A stretch of DNA of 50,678 nucleotides, from positions 1-50,678 of the forward strand of contig MU619319.1 in the NCBI GenBank assembly GCA_025201805.1, written 5' to 3'. Below, piece after piece: positions 11,975 to 25,773 of the stretch (position 1 is its first letter; each line of letters starts with the position of its first letter). This DNA comes from Parasitella parasitica NRRL 2501 (taxonomy: Eukaryota > Fungi > Mucoromycota). Both the position numbers and the translations under genes were made by a program. The notes under the pieces are model-generated. The model was not told the origin of the DNA and did not search any database. It worked only from the letters and a program-made list of their open reading frames with translations.

Positions 11975-12886
11975 ATGTCTCTTCCAAGTCTCTACTCAAT
12001 CTGCTTCGATTATATTACGAATCACACAGAAGATGTCGTCTCTCTAGATGGAATTCCATTCAGACCAGTTGTTGAGAACATTTTACAACATTTATTTACA
12101 ACAAACACTCCGCTAAATTCATCGATTCTATGTGCAATTGCAGATTCACACTCCAAGGAGCTTCGAACAGCACAATTTACATGGACTAGTGTGTTGTTAT
12201 CGAAAGCAGCAAATCGCTCGGCGGTTCCTGCTTTGACAGCAATCTCTAAACATTTCCCAAAGTTTATTACATGCTTAAAATTAGGGCAAAGCAACCTTGG
12301 GGATCAAGACATCTTGTTATTACGTGGATTTACAAATCTTAAAACACTTCATCTGGGAAATAATCCTAATATAACAGATCGTGGTGTGTTATATCTTGCA
12401 AGCATCACCTCTGCAGCGCCATCTATCGGATTACCTTATCTAGAAGATTTATATTTGAGTGATTTACCTGGTATCACTGACAAGAGTCTAAAGTTTATTG
12501 GGAAAATATCAACACTTTTGTATGTTGATATTTCGAATACAAATATCACAGAAGTAGTAGCACTTCGATTTTTACATAAAATGTGTTATAAACGTATCAC
12601 TAAGATTATTAAACCTTTCGAAATAGAGTCTGCTTTTGATATGCGTGCTAATATGAAACTGTACTGGTTTATAAAAGACATGGCATTTCAATACGATCGA
12701 GGACAAGCGGCAAAACCATTAATAGCCGAGGATACGCCCAATTCAATTCAGCCTAGACTTCATTTCTCCAGGGATGTGATGACCATTGTTACTGTAAAGA
12801 GCAAGGAACCAATGGCTAAAAAACGAAGATTGAATACAAATGACTACTTGGCTATGTTTGAAAAGGAGTTTGCTGCCGACGATTGA
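11975..12886 (+). CDS. Leucine-rich repeat protein (LRRC42/AMN1-like), ~303 aa
   Basis: LRRs (LKTLHLGNNPNITDRG, LEDLYLSDLPGITDKSL), N-terminal MSLPSLYSIC, C-terminal KKRRL NLS-like motif. Confidence 0.75.
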   Translation: MSLPSLYSICFDYITNHTEDVVSLDGIPFRPVVENILQHLFTTNTPLNSSILCAIADSHSKELRTAQFTWTSVLLSKAANRSAVPALTAISKHFPKFITCLKLGQSNLGDQDILLLRGFTNLKTLHLGNNPNITDRGVLYLASITSAAPSIGLPYLEDLYLSDLPGITDKSLKFIGKISTLLYVDISNTNITEVVALRFLHKMCYKRITKIIKPFEIESAFDMRANMKLYWFIKDMAFQYDRGQAAKPLIAEDTPNSIQPRLHFSRDVMTIVTVKSKEPMAKKRRLNTNDYLAMFEKEFAADD

Positions 12887-12993
12887 GCCAATATAGAGGT
12901 TGTGATTTGCTTGTTGTACTTATCGAATCATACTAATAAAACACCATGATGATACCAAGATGAAATGATTTATTAATGGATAAAAATTACATG

Positions 12994-15041
12994 TCAAATA
13001 TGTGGGAAATGAAGTGCATGTAATAAAATGCTGACCACTGCAAATGTGCCCTCTCCTAGTACAAATCTACTAGCAATAATAATAATACTAACTTTTCCAA
13101 TCTTTTTATAAGGCTTGCATACATCCATCAGCCATGCTTTATTTGGGGTTGTTTGATCGCCATTAATGAACTTTTCCCAGTAATGGCAAATGAAGCCACC
13201 GACAACTTTTGCCAAAGTAAAACTAGGTGGGCTGTAAATGCCAATAGCAAAGGCGATGCCCTGTGGAACCCACTGATGCCACGTAACCTTCTTGTTTTCT
13301 TTGACAACTGTCAAAATGAAAAATAAAACAGCAAATGCCACAACAAACTCAAATACATGTGGTGGTAAAGGATCTGACAATTCTTGCCATATCCAACCAT
13401 ACCTGCGCTGTAGGTGCTGGGAATTCAGGCCCTGGGATCTCATAAACAGACGTATACAATAAATAGGCTCCTGTAGCAACAAAGGAACTGACCAAGGAAC
13501 CGACTAGTTGTCCATAAAACTGAGCCTTAGGTGATGCGTGTAAAAGATATCCAGTCTTCAGATCTTGCATTAAATCACCTGCTTGTTGAGCACTAGCCTC
13601 GGCTATTCCACCAGCAAATAGGTTAGCTACGATAGCACCTGGTATCAACGCAGATGCAGCAATTTGACTCAATTTTGAGATTCCAGAGACTGGATTAAGG
13701 TCTGTTTCCCCTAATGCACGCGCGCTTAAGATACTAAGAAACATGGCAAGAACAACTGATACAACCGTCATCCATGCTGGCATCATATTGCTACCAAACA
13801 CTATTTTCACTATTGTTACGCATAAAATAATTGAGCCCAAAAGTCCCAAAACTGCTACATAGATTGGTACTTGTCTATCCTGGGGCAAATCCTCTTCTGG
13901 AATAACATCTATATTTTCTGGACTATTGCTTTCTTCCCAGCCAGTATCAAGATTAACTTGCAGTAGATTTTCGTGTTGCTCTATATTTTTATCGTTGATG
14001 CGAGAAAAAATTATAACACGAAATCATGACAACAAGAGTAATCCAGAGAATCCATCCTGTTGCTCCCGTCTTCCAATCATTTATTGATAATAAGAAATTG
14101 GAGATAAAATTCCCCGCCCCACTATACATCCCAAAAGCATTGATAGTGTTGTTGGAAGCCCCTACTAGTCTGAAACGTCAATTTTGTTCAACTTTTGAGG
14201 ACGATGCATCGGTTACCATAGTAATTCCTTGTCCTATATGACTTAAACTTGGCGTAAAATACCATTCCCATGATTTAAAATCGATATAATTCAGTGATAT
14301 CCAATCGAAGACAGGCAGTGCATAGATCACTGGGAAAAAATAAGACGCTAATGTATAGATGGATGATATTGAGAATGCTGATAGCAGTGCTTTGAGTTTC
14401 AAGGACCATAATCGACGAAGTTCATTGAATTCTACCGCATCTTCTTCCTCAATGTCTTGTACCGTATAAAAGTCTCCAATTCTATTCTTTCTTCAGCTGC
14501 ATCATTTTGTTTTTGATTATGCAAAACCCGGATCATCTGTGCTGTTGCTGTACCTGACGGAAATCGAAGCTTTTCCCTGATGATCGTTTGCTTTCGTAAG
14601 GGTATGGCAAAAAACACGCCAGTAAACGCCAAGCCAAGGGACCATACAATAAGCTTCCATGCAGGCAATTTAAGAGGACCAGTGGATAAATCAGAGGTCG
14701 TTAGCTGGCTTAATGCGGGAACAATGCCAACAAAACCAGCAGCCAGTGGCATAGTGGCTGTAGCTACAGCAACTGTTTGCAAGTATACGTTTTCTTTGGG
14801 TCCAAATGACACATGGCAAGGTTTGAATATAGCAAATCCTAACAAAGATGCTTGTAGAGACATCATAGAGATACAACCTGTCTGAAGACTGAAATACATG
14901 TTTGAAAAGCACATGAGACTTCCGATAACCAAACCAACAACAGTGGAACGAAGCTATTGGTCTTTTTAGTTGAAGTATATGTCAATCAACACAAAAACCT
15001 ACCAAATAATCCAGATACCCTTCAGTTTGCCTTGCACTCAT
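12994..15041 (-). pseudogene. OPT-family (YSL-like) oligopeptide/metal-chelate transporter, disrupted
   Basis: Motifs NMYFSLQTG, KENVYLQT, LRFPSGTATA, ALGETDLNPVSG, QAGDLMQDLKTG, GEG. At least 4 frame-breaking lesions (near 14468, 14087, 14020 and 13378) that are not flanked by splice signals. Confidence 0.85.
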
Positions 15042-15822
15042 GATAAACCAAGTTAATTAGTGTATTGGAGCATGATGATAATTTGTCCTTCATACGCGGA
15101 AGACTCAGCTCTTTATCTGCATTAGCCAAAGCGAAGACTTTCCCCAAGAAGCGACTGTCCAAAACCGGAATGTAATTACATACGTATAAATTGATCTTGG
15201 AAATGAATACGTAGTTTTTATCAAACACGATGCACCCAAATCAACACTAGTTGTCTCATGTTTCGTTTATTACAAGGTTGATGGAGGAATTTTTGGGCAT
15301 AGTCTGCTAATAAAATGGAAGGAAGCACCGACTGGACATGAACATTTAGAATACGCTATAGATAATGATCTCAAAATTTCCAAAATAAATGACACTGTAG
15401 ATCCTAACCAGAGCCAAATGGCAGCAGAATTTAACCTACGTATTATTATACCTACAGTAAGTAATAATTCGATTGCACATGTTATGTTGGAATTGTATGC
15501 AAGGTACAACGAGTCCACGTAAATTGATCTTGGTGCTACCTCTGCAAAGCCAGTCAGAAAATATAATTTGGCCCACGAACTAGCTGTGCTAGACAATATA
15601 CATTCGAGCAGTGTTATTAATCTCAATCAAAATTGATAGTAAACACCGTGCCAAATTGTTCATTTTCATCTCCAAATCTCGGTGGAAATATATGTTGCAC
15701 TTGTTTATACAAATCTGCATAATAAAGACAACCAATGATCTCCTGCGATATTTACTCCTTAGTTTGCCTTGCAACAATTTTGCCCCTTCCTTTACATCAG
15801 TGGAGCTGAATCAACTTTTGCA

Positions 15823-17457
15823 ATGTCCAAAACTACTATACGTGAACCAGGTCTAGCATTTTTTAATGCAAATGATCACAAGCAAAAGTTTGATATAGTC
15901 CAAAATAAGTTTGTGGATTCAAAAGAAAGCTTTGATCTCGACGTCGAGAAAAAAAGGTCTTTTTCTCAAAAACTCTCTTTGATCTTTGCAAGCATCGCAT
16001 TAGGGTCTGATGGTTATCAAGCAAATATTATTGGCTCTGTCGAAGCTTGTCTCAGAAAGATATATGGCTCAAGTGTGCTTGCCGACGGTCTCTCTACTCG
16101 TGTGAGTAATGCGATGCTAATTGGTGATATTGTTGGTCAGGTTGGTTTTGGCGTCCTCATTGACCGACTAGGTCGAAAGTTTGGCATCATCACTTGTACT
16201 GTATTTGTGTGCTTGGTTAGTTTGCCCTTTCATTGCATTAAAAATGATCTAATCGTTGAAAATAGGGCATAATCTTGGCTACTGCTTCAAGCGGTGTGAC
16301 CCCAACAGGCTTAGTTTGGATGTTGATCATTGCTCGTGGTCTCACAGGTGTTGGCGTTGGTGGGGAATACCCTTGTTCCAGTGTAACTGCTGGTGAAGCT
16401 GCCGAAGAATCTGGCCGTAGTCGCGGAATGTGGTTAATTCTTAGTGGTAATTTTATCATTGAGTAGGTATAATCTGTAGTGATGGTAAAATCATTATACT
16501 AAACTGAATTCTAGTGTTGGTTTTGTGATAGCTACGATAGTACCTACTATCTTACTAGCTATTTGTGGTGAGGGAGGGCTTGAGGTTGTCTGGCGGTTAT
16601 CCCTTGGCCTTGGGTTGTTGCTACCGCTGAACGTTTTGTATTTTCGCTTAAAAATGTTAAATTCAGAAATGTACACAAAAGAAGCACTCACTCGGAAGGT
16701 ACCTTACTTGTTAATTTTCCAGAAATACTGGCCCAAGCTTTTAATAACTGGTGGCATTTGGTTCCTTTATGATTTTGTATCTTATTCTTTTGGCATTTTC
16801 TCTGATACCATTTTAAGTGTTGCTGTTCCTGGGAACTCCTTGATGCAAACTTTTCAATGGAATATCGTCTTGAATATTTTCTACCCATTTGGTGCTGCTA
16901 CTGGTGCGCTTTTTATTGACCGTATTGGCGCTAAAAGATTGATGGCCACTGGCTTCTTTGTTCAAGCTATTATCGGTATCATTGTAGGTGCAATAGCTCC
17001 TCAAATCATCACCAATGCTTTCCCTGTATTTGTCGTCTTATATGGATTCTTTTTGTTTTTTGGTGAATTTGGTCCCGGAGACTGTACTATTCTTGTATCT
17101 GCTGAAATATACCCCACTGCTATTCGTGGCACTATGTATGGCCTTTCCGCTGCAATTGGTAAAGCTGGTGCCGCTATCGGCACTCAAGTTTTCAAGCCTA
17201 TTTTGGCTGCTTTGACAGAGACTACAGGCAATTCTCTCAAGGCACAAGGCTATTTGTTCATCATTGGTTCATGTATAGGACTTTTGGGGTGTATCCTCAC
17301 AATTTTCTTCATTCCTAATACTTCAAAAAGTTCTAAAGAACTCGATAATGAATTTAGAAAAATGCTTCAAGATAATGGTTATGATATCAATCAGCTGGGT
17401 TATGGCAAAATGGAGAAAACCATGGAAATTAATAAGTCTAAGCAAGTCAAGTGTTAA
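15823..17457 (+). CDS. MFS glycerophosphodiester/phosphate permease (Git1-like); 3 exons
   Basis: ALGSDGYQ, DRLGRK, GVGVGGEYP, GEFGPG, EIYPTAIRG, AAIGKAGA. Introns about 16217-16265 and 16463-16514. Confidence 0.88.
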
Positions 17458-18496
17458 GTCATCCATAAAGAGTCTGATATAAACAGTTACAGGAGAGTAA
17501 AAATTCTTTTTGAATTATCAAGCACTGAGGAGTAACGCAACTGAAATAAGTTTTATGATTTATTGTCTCATAGTTTATAAATGCATAGTTTATATATTTT
17601 TTTCGTCTACTATATTTACTTTGATTTGCACTTGCTGCTATTATCTTTATCCCCCCATAACACACTGTCAAATTTTAGCCATTTAATTTTGATACGTACA
17701 CGCACCAAGCGACGATACAACATAAGACAAAAGAAAATTATCGTTTTCCATAAATGTAGTGAACTTGACATGTATCCAACTTTATTTTATTATATATCAG
17801 CAAAGCTGAGCTTTCTCCATATATCAGGTATGTGAGTCACCAAGTTGTACGTTTGGCTCAATGTGATGTATCATCAGTAAACTATGGAAATCAAATGTTG
17901 AATTAAGACTTGACCTGTCCAGATCAGATCAAAGTGTCAGCCTGGTCCACAATAATGGCAATTTGTTTACAGTAGATATACTCTATAGTCCTATTTACAC
18001 AGATATTACTATCTAATAAACAGTTCAAATAGTATAATATAAACTATTTTCTCTTCTTTAAGAAAATAACATCTATTCATAACATGTCGCCATCAAGAAG
18101 TATAATCAAGGATACCACAAGATAGCTATTGCTATAAAAAAACATCGCACTATATAACTCCAAAGAACGTTGATGGCGAATGTAGTCAATTCAAGTAAAA
18201 TATGACAGTTATTGACCTATTTCACAGCAATATCACTGCTTTTCTCAAAGTACTCTGGATAAGCAAAGAAATTAAAAAGTAAATATAATTATAATTTTAC
18301 TTTTAAAGCCAAAAAAAACCATTCTCAAACTAGGAGAAAATAGCTTGAATCTCTTAAACAAATCATAATGAATCAAAGAGGCAACTTTTTGTAGTATACT
18401 TCGTAGAATCTTATCAAGTATAATTTCACGAAAAAAAACGAAACCATACAAAAACGTCTCACTTAAATTATTTGATTGAAAAAAAAAATAGAACTT

Positions 18497-18569
18497 TGGA
18501 GAAGCTGGGCGTCGATCCCAGTGCCTCTCACATGCTAAGCGAGCGCTCTTCCATTTGAGCTACATCCCC
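18497..18569 (-). tRNA. tRNA-Ala (anticodon AGC)
   Basis: GGGGATGTAGCTCAAATGGAAGAGCGCTCGCTTAGCATGTGAGAGGCACTGGGATCGACGCCCAGCTTCTCCA, 73 nt, folds as a cloverleaf with the G3:U70 Ala identity pair. Downstream oligo-T Pol III terminator. Confidence 0.96.
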
Positions 18570-18903
18570 AATTACTATATAAGGAAGACCTAAAATTTGC
18601 CCAAAAGGAAAATGTTAAAAAATTTACCCTATGCACACACTCTTTCCTTTTTTGGTAGTGTGTTTTACCAAAAATGGATGATATTAGATAATCAATTCTA
18701 TTTGGAGCTTTTGTGAGCGACTGCAAGTATATTCAGAGTTATGAATATAAGCAATTATGCATAAATAATAATCAGGTTCACTCGATCAAAAATTGTTTAA
18801 TTCAAAATGGACAGTTTATTTGGTTGTTATTTTTGAAGAAAAAGAAAACGCGAATATGTATAAGTATATGTTAAAAAGAATGAGAAAGCATCAACTAAAA
18901 AAA

Positions 18904-20595
18904 TTACAAAGTATCAATTTTGCCCATGGCAGCCAAAATAAGACCGGTGAATAAAGGACAAGGTTTCAAAGGACGAGTGATATATTCAGGATGATACTGG
19001 CAGCCGACAAAGAAGGGATGGTCTACTAATTCAACAATTTCCATACGTTCACCAGTTTCATCTCTACCAATAAATTTGAGACCATTCTTTTCAAAGATAT
19101 CAACATGAACAGGATTGACTTCATAACGATGACGATGACGCTCATCAACAGAGGTATTGCCGCCATAGAGTTTGCGAACGGTAGAGTTGTCAGTTCCTTC
19201 TTGAAAAAGAGTAGCGCGAAGGCCAAGACGCATGGTACCGCCCATATGAGTCTTGGAAATTTCAGGCATATATACAACAACAGGTGTCTTCGCATCAGGA
19301 TCCACTTCAGCAGATTGAGCATCAGTCATACCACAAACATTACGAGCAAACTCAATGACAGAGATTTGCATACCAAGACAAATACCCAAGTAAGGAATCT
19401 TGTGCTCACGAGCCCATTTAGCAGCCATAATCATGCCCTCAATGCCACGACTACCGAAACCGCCAGGAACCAAAATACCGTTGCAAGAGCAAACCGCCTG
19501 CCATGATTCGTGATACTTGATTGGGTTAGATTTCAAGGTCTTGGGTTCTAAATCAGAAGCATCAACCCATTTGATGACAATTTTGCGCTTTTGAGCCAAA
19601 CTAGCATGTTCAAGAGCCTTGTATACAGAGATATAAGAGTCATGTAAATCGGTATATTTGCCAACAATAGCAATGGAGACAGATTCATGCAAGTGTTCGT
19701 AACTAGCAGCTAATGTAGTCCAATCCTCCCAGAGCTTTTCACCGGCTAAACGACGTTCATCACTAATTTTGAGGGCATCCAAATTGAGACGACGGCGGAA
19801 GAAATCAATGACACCATGCTCACGCAACAAGACAGGGACATGGTAAACCGAAGAAACATCATGAACAGCCAAGACTTGTTCAGGAGCCACATGGCAAAAC
19901 ATGGAGATCTTGGAAGCAACACTTTCATCTAGACGCTTTGAGGAACGACAAGCAATAAGATCAGGAGTGAGACCAGCTCCACGAAGATCACGGACACTCA
20001 TTTGGGTAGGTTTTGTCTTTTGCTCACCAACAGAACCGACGACAGGGACTAGGGAGACATGGATCAAACAGAAATTGTCATGACCCACTCTGAATTGGAA
20101 TTGACGCATAGCTTCAACAAAGGGAGCAGATTCAATATCACCCACAGTACCACCCAATTCAATAATACAAACATCGGGCTTATTGCCAGAAGCATCAATT
20201 GTGGAAGCAACCTTTTCCACCCAGTTCTGGATAGCATCCGTAACATGTGGTACCACTTGTACCGTTTTACCAAGATAATCACCCTTACGTTCACGCTCAA
20301 TTACCTCTCTATAGATTTTACCTGTAGTGATGTTGTTGATGCGGCTCAGCTCCACATCAAGGAATCGTTCATAATTACCAAGATCGAGATCGACCTCACC
20401 ACCATCATTCAAGACAAATACTTCACCATGATCGAGAGGAGTCATAAGACCAGCATCAATGTTTAAATAAGGGTCAATCTTGATAGCTGTTACACCAAGG
20501 CCCAAGCTCTTCAAAAGGGTACCAGTACTAGAAGCAATGACACCTTTACCAATACCGGAAATGACACCACCGGAGACAAGAATATACTTGGTCAT
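18904..20595 (-). CDS. URA7: CTP synthase, 563 aa, intronless
   Basis: [63 protein letters not shown]. Confidence 0.98.
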   Translation of the reverse strand: MTKYILVSGGVISGIGKGVIASSTGTLLKSLGLGVTAIKIDPYLNIDAGLMTPLDHGEVFVLNDGGEVDLDLGNYERFLDVELSRINNITTGKIYREVIERERKGDYLGKTVQVVPHVTDAIQNWVEKVASTIDASGNKPDVCIIELGGTVGDIESAPFVEAMRQFQFRVGHDNFCLIHVSLVPVVGSVGEQKTKPTQMSVRDLRGAGLTPDLIACRSSKRLDESVASKISMFCHVAPEQVLAVHDVSSVYHVPVLLREHGVIDFFRRRLNLDALKISDERRLAGEKLWEDWTTLAASYEHLHESVSIAIVGKYTDLHDSYISVYKALEHASLAQKRKIVIKWVDASDLEPKTLKSNPIKYHESWQAVCSCNGILVPGGFGSRGIEGMIMAAKWAREHKIPYLGICLGMQISVIEFARNVCGMTDAQSAEVDPDAKTPVVVYMPEISKTHMGGTMRLGLRATLFQEGTDNSTVRKLYGGNTSVDERHRHRYEVNPVHVDIFEKNGLKFIGRDETGERMEIVELVDHPFFVGCQYHPEYITRPLKPCPLFTGLILAAMGKIDTL

Positions 20596-21820
20596 GAGTT
20601 ATAGTAGAGAGATTTGTCAGACAAAGAAAAGACAGCAAGGTAAAAGAGAGGTTTAAGATAGTAGAAGAGATTATTTATTGAATTGTTTACAAGTGTGCGC
20701 CAAATTCAATGAATATTGAAAGGGGAAGGTGCGAAGCAATGCCCGGATGAGCCTCTCTTTTATACTTTTTTGAATGGTAATCGCCTATTTAAAAAAAATT
20801 TTCACTCGAAAATTTATCAGTCATATGCATCAGTTCCTGAAAAGCATTCATTTGATGACATGAGCCTATTGATCTTTCCTGTATGAGCTGCGGTAACTGT
20901 TACTGAGCATATGTTATGCAAGTCAAAAATTGGGATACAGTACCACAAAGATGGATAGATCTGAACGTAATCTATCATTTACCTGTCAAGAATTTTTGAC
21001 AACTAGTATCCATGGCAACCAGGCGATAACTTATCTCTAGGATCAAACATAATACAGAAGCACCAATCATTAACTGATTACTCTTTCGCATGTCAAATCA
21101 AGCAAGCAAAGGTTCTACAAGCGTGAGAACCTTCTACGAGAGAGCTCGAAATGTGACGATTATAAATTATGGGTTGTATGATGGCACACGAACTAGTTTG
21201 GTCTTCTTCTTCACGCCATAAATTGGTCATCACCATACATACATTGTAATTACAGACAAAGAAAAAAGCATGACGAACAATTTAAGACCTCAAGTGATTG
21301 CTCTTTATAAACAGGTACCGTAATTCCGTTACTATTAATCAATAATTGGATTACTCAATCCAAGTTATAAAAAATAAAAAATAAAAAAATAGCTAGTGTA
21401 TCTTGGTAGAGAATACCCTGCAGGGTATTCAGATTTTTTTCGCCCCAAGCTGAAGGCTGCGTTTTTCAAAAAACGAGAGCTTACAGATGAGCAAGAGATA
21501 TTAACATCGATAAAATTTGGAGAGTATATAATCAAAGGTAAATCTCGAAACAGGTAAATGTCTATCATTTTTAAGCAAGCACTGATGCTATACATAGAAC
21601 TTGAAATGATGTACTACCTAAGAAAATACCGTACCTTACGAAAAAGATACAATGAAATTCAATAAGAAACATGTGCATTGAACCCATAAATATGCAATTT
21701 AGCCATGAGGACAACTGGTTACACCAATCTAAAAAAATATATACATTCAAACCAGAAAGAGTTCTCATTTTCTTCCTTTCTTTTTTCTTTTTCTTCCTTT
21801 GAAAATTTATGCGTGTGTAG

Positions 21821-24800
21821 ATGTTACCTAATTCTCGAACCATTCCACCTAGTATCAACAATAACAATAACACAAACAAAAGTTCACGTGGAAGATCAAG
21901 TTCCGCCATGAATGACAGTTCGATCAAAAAGGGTTTCATGTCCAGATTACTGACTAGTCCAACAAGCAATTATAGTAATAGCTCTAAAGAATACAATGTA
22001 AACAGTAGGCCTAATTATGAGTCGGTTTCGAGCATCCAGGCAAAGGAAGGTCACGCAGCATGGGGCAGTGTTCGCAATAATTCTCTAGATCAAAAGGTAG
22101 GTTTGGATGTTGTTTGGTCTCAGTGCTGCAGCGATCTCATCTTTCAAATAGTCTATAAAAACTGCAGGTAGTTTTGGGAAACTTTTCAAAAAGAAGGCAA
22201 AGGTACACAAACCCTCAAAAAAGCTAAAATTTCTGTATAATTTATTAATAAAATTGGTGAAACCAAACACCAGACAAACGACGACACTGAGGCCATGTTT
22301 GAGGATAACCAACCTAAAGTTAGACCTATACATAGTAACGTTAGAATGCATACCAAAATCCCATTAGCGCCACCGCCTAATTACTCGACAACAAGGGCCA
22401 TTTTACGACCAGACCAGCAGCATTTCCTGACGAACTTGCCAGATCAGTATATAGCAAAGCGCCCAGCCATCACACCGACATTGACTTCACCTCATGCAGC
22501 CAATTTACAGGCACCTCAACCACTTACTGAACACGCGACTATGGATCATAAGCTATCTGAGAAGAGTGTTTTGAAAAAAAGGTCCTCATCAGCATTATCA
22601 TCAGGATCCTACTCCATATACTCGACCTTTGGAGGAAACGAATCAGAATTTTCAATTGAAGAAACCAAGGTGGGTTCAGTTACACCACCTGTACGTGCTC
22701 CCGTTATCGCCACCAATACTAATGACAGTAAAAGATGGGAGAATCCTAGAAATTCACCTGCAGGAGACAGTGAGAATTCCTTTACCACAGTCCTCGAGGA
22801 GCAATTTGAAGACGATGACGATATCAACAGTGAAACCATCACAGAAGATGGCAGCGAAACTACAGATGATGAATTTGTTGATGCGTCAGGGTTTTCTCAG
22901 GAAGATATTGAGCGCGAAAGAAAAATAGCATTGGAAAAGAACCTAGCTAAGCGTCTAAGCGGTGGCCATTTTGGCAGCGCAGGAGGTTTAATGCTTAGCA
23001 TCAACCAGTCTTCTGACGAATTTGACCTACCACCTCCTTTGCCTACCACAGCCAAGCATAAGAGCCAAAAGATACCCGCTGATGATGAACTGGCACAGTC
23101 TTTATTGAAATGGAAATCCCACATTGATAGCAGCAAGCGGTGGAGTATGCATAATAGCACCAGCACATCCTCTAATGCAACTGCAACGGTGATGGAAGAC
23201 ACAGGGGAAAAGCATTTGAGTACAATTACCGTGATAGATTTAAGATCGGCAGCAAATAATACCCCGCATCACATTACTAGTGATCCGATCACAACAAATG
23301 ACGACCAAGAAATATCGGCGCCTGATAAACTTGCATTGAGAAAAGAGGCCGAAGAAGCACTAACAGGAGCCAATACAACTCCTGCAACCAAAACTACATT
23401 TACAAAAGGAGCTGATAGTAGCAGAAAATCAAAGGCTTATTCTACAAGTACATCATTGCTGCCATCACCAGCACAGCCAACACCATTAAAGGCATTATCG
23501 GCCACGGATGCTGCTAAACCAGAGCGGTATTCTAGTAGCGAATTCTCCAAGGCGTTAGATGCAGCTTGGAAAACATCTGACAATACATGGCTTTTATTTG
23601 ATGGTGACAGAACAAAGCAGTTGCAAACGACAGTTCAAATTCAAATCGCAGATTCCGATTCCAACACGAACGTAGACAACCAAATTCAAGAAACAGCTCG
23701 TGCCTTGTGGAATGAAGATGAGAAGCTTGTTGCAAAAGAGAGAATGGCTGAATGGCTTGGCCAAGGGTATGTATTTTGGTCGTTGGCGATTTACAGAGGT
23801 GCTTACACGTTACTATTTAGGAAACCATTTGAAACCGCAGTTCTTCAAGCATACATGCAGTTCTTTGTCTTTACAGAGATGCAGCTTGATAGTGCGTTTA
23901 GAAAGCTATGCAGCAAATTGTACTTTAAAGCTGAAGCACAGCAGATTGATCGCATTTTGGAATCATTTGCAAATCGTTATTGGGAGTGCAATCCAGCGTC
24001 TCTCTTTGGAAGCGCAGGTAAATGAACAAACGAGTATTCCGTGTGTCATCAGAAACTTACATTGTGTTGGTAGATGTGGTGTATGCTGTGGTTTATTCTC
24101 TCTTACTACTGAATACAGACCTTCATGTTGCACAAGGGAATCATGCCAGAATGACACGCTCTGAGTTTATTCGAAACACAATGTCAACTATTCGCGACCA
24201 AAGAGGCCTCGAAGATCTGATGTGCTACGAGAAAAGATCGGGAGAATTCAATCGAACTTGGGAGTCAGACCTTGAGCACACTCTCAAGGAAATGTATATC
24301 TCTGTTAAAAATTACCAAATCCTGCAGCCTCTATCCAGAAAATCAAGCACTGGTAAAAGAGGAAGTTTACTGGGCAATTCTAGAGTGATTGGGCTCAAAA
24401 GAAGCGTGAACTCTATCATCCGCAAATCAGGACGAGAAAGTATGCTGGCAATAGATGGAAATGACCCGACGTCTTCATCTACTTCTCCACCGAGGTCAAG
24501 CTCAAGCTCAAGTTACCATCGGCCCATACCGGCCTCGATGAAATCTCCACGACGAGAATCATGTTCCTCGACGAACTCGAGCGCTGCTTCTTTTAGCTCA
24601 AGATGTGGTTCTCCCACATTGATGCCTCAGCAACAGCAGCAGCATCTGCAGCAACCCATGATGCAATATCTGACCCCAAGTGCAGCGTCTCTTCTCTCAA
24701 ATAGACTCCCGTACTACAAAGAAGGCATAGCCATGCGTAAACACCTTCTTGAAAATGCAAATCACAAAGCACGCCATCGAGAATGGCGTGAGTGTTATTT

Positions 24801-25773
24801 GGAGGTTCAAGAAGGCGAATTGCGAATGTATTCGCTCCAGCCTGGCCAAAATCAGCTAGGAGACAAGAGCCTTTTCCGTCATTCCAGCGCTACTCATTTC
24901 AGTTCACTTGATGTTCATAGCGGCAACAGGCTATCTAGTCGTCCTTCAAGTCCTGCATCGTTTGGCGGTGTTTTTGCAAACACTAGCACCCATAGTAAGT
25001 GGGGAGCCCATTCACAGCTAGTCGGAAAGATCATTTTGAATCATACCCTCTCGAACCCTCTTCCACCGCCCGGCTACAACAAACAACGCCCTCATGTGTT
25101 TGCTATACAGCAATCAGATGGTGGCGTCTATCTTTTCCAAGTGTCTGGTGCAGAGGAAGCGCTTGAATGGGTTTCCGCTTGTAATTATTGGGCTGCACGG
25201 GAGAGTAAGGAGCCATTGTCCGGCGGTGTGGGTAATACAGAGTACGGCTGGGGCGCCTGTCTCAATGATGTTGTTGTGGATTTGGATGCTGTACGTATAG
25301 GCTATGATCAAAAGGTAAATTACGTTCCCACCGAGGATCCCGACTCCATTGTGATAAACGAATGGATACCACCGACGGCAACAATGGTGTCAAGTCAGCT
25401 GGATGAAAAAGCTCAGTATGATGCCCTGCAGAAGCACCTGGCTGAACTGAATGAAGAAATCAACCAACATCGTGATATCAAGAATAAAATAATAATCAAA
25501 GTATTTACAAAAGAGTTCAATGCGGAAAAATCGTAATATATTTACTGACTACATCATCCTCTATAGTTTCCTACAAAATGCAACAACTATTCAAAAGCAA
25601 TTTCTAACTGGGAAGCAAGATCCAAGTATCTATTACATGACATTATCAAATATCAAAATTATTGCGATTCTCTGGAGAAAAGCATAAAATCACAGCAGGA
25701 TCTTTTAAAAGAAGAAGACATTGAATCAAAGCATGATTTCTTACAGGACGTTATCGGCGTGAGAGATATATAG
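21821..25773 (+). CDS. Sec7 + PH domain Arf-GEF (Syt1/Yel1/EFA6-like); 6 exons
   Basis: Sec7 motifs LYFKAEAQQIDRILESFA and YSLLLLNTDLH. PH domain YKEG...REWRECYLEV...RPHVFAI...YLFQ...EWVSACNYWAA. C-terminal coiled coil. GT-AG introns; stop at 25771-25773. Confidence 0.9.
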
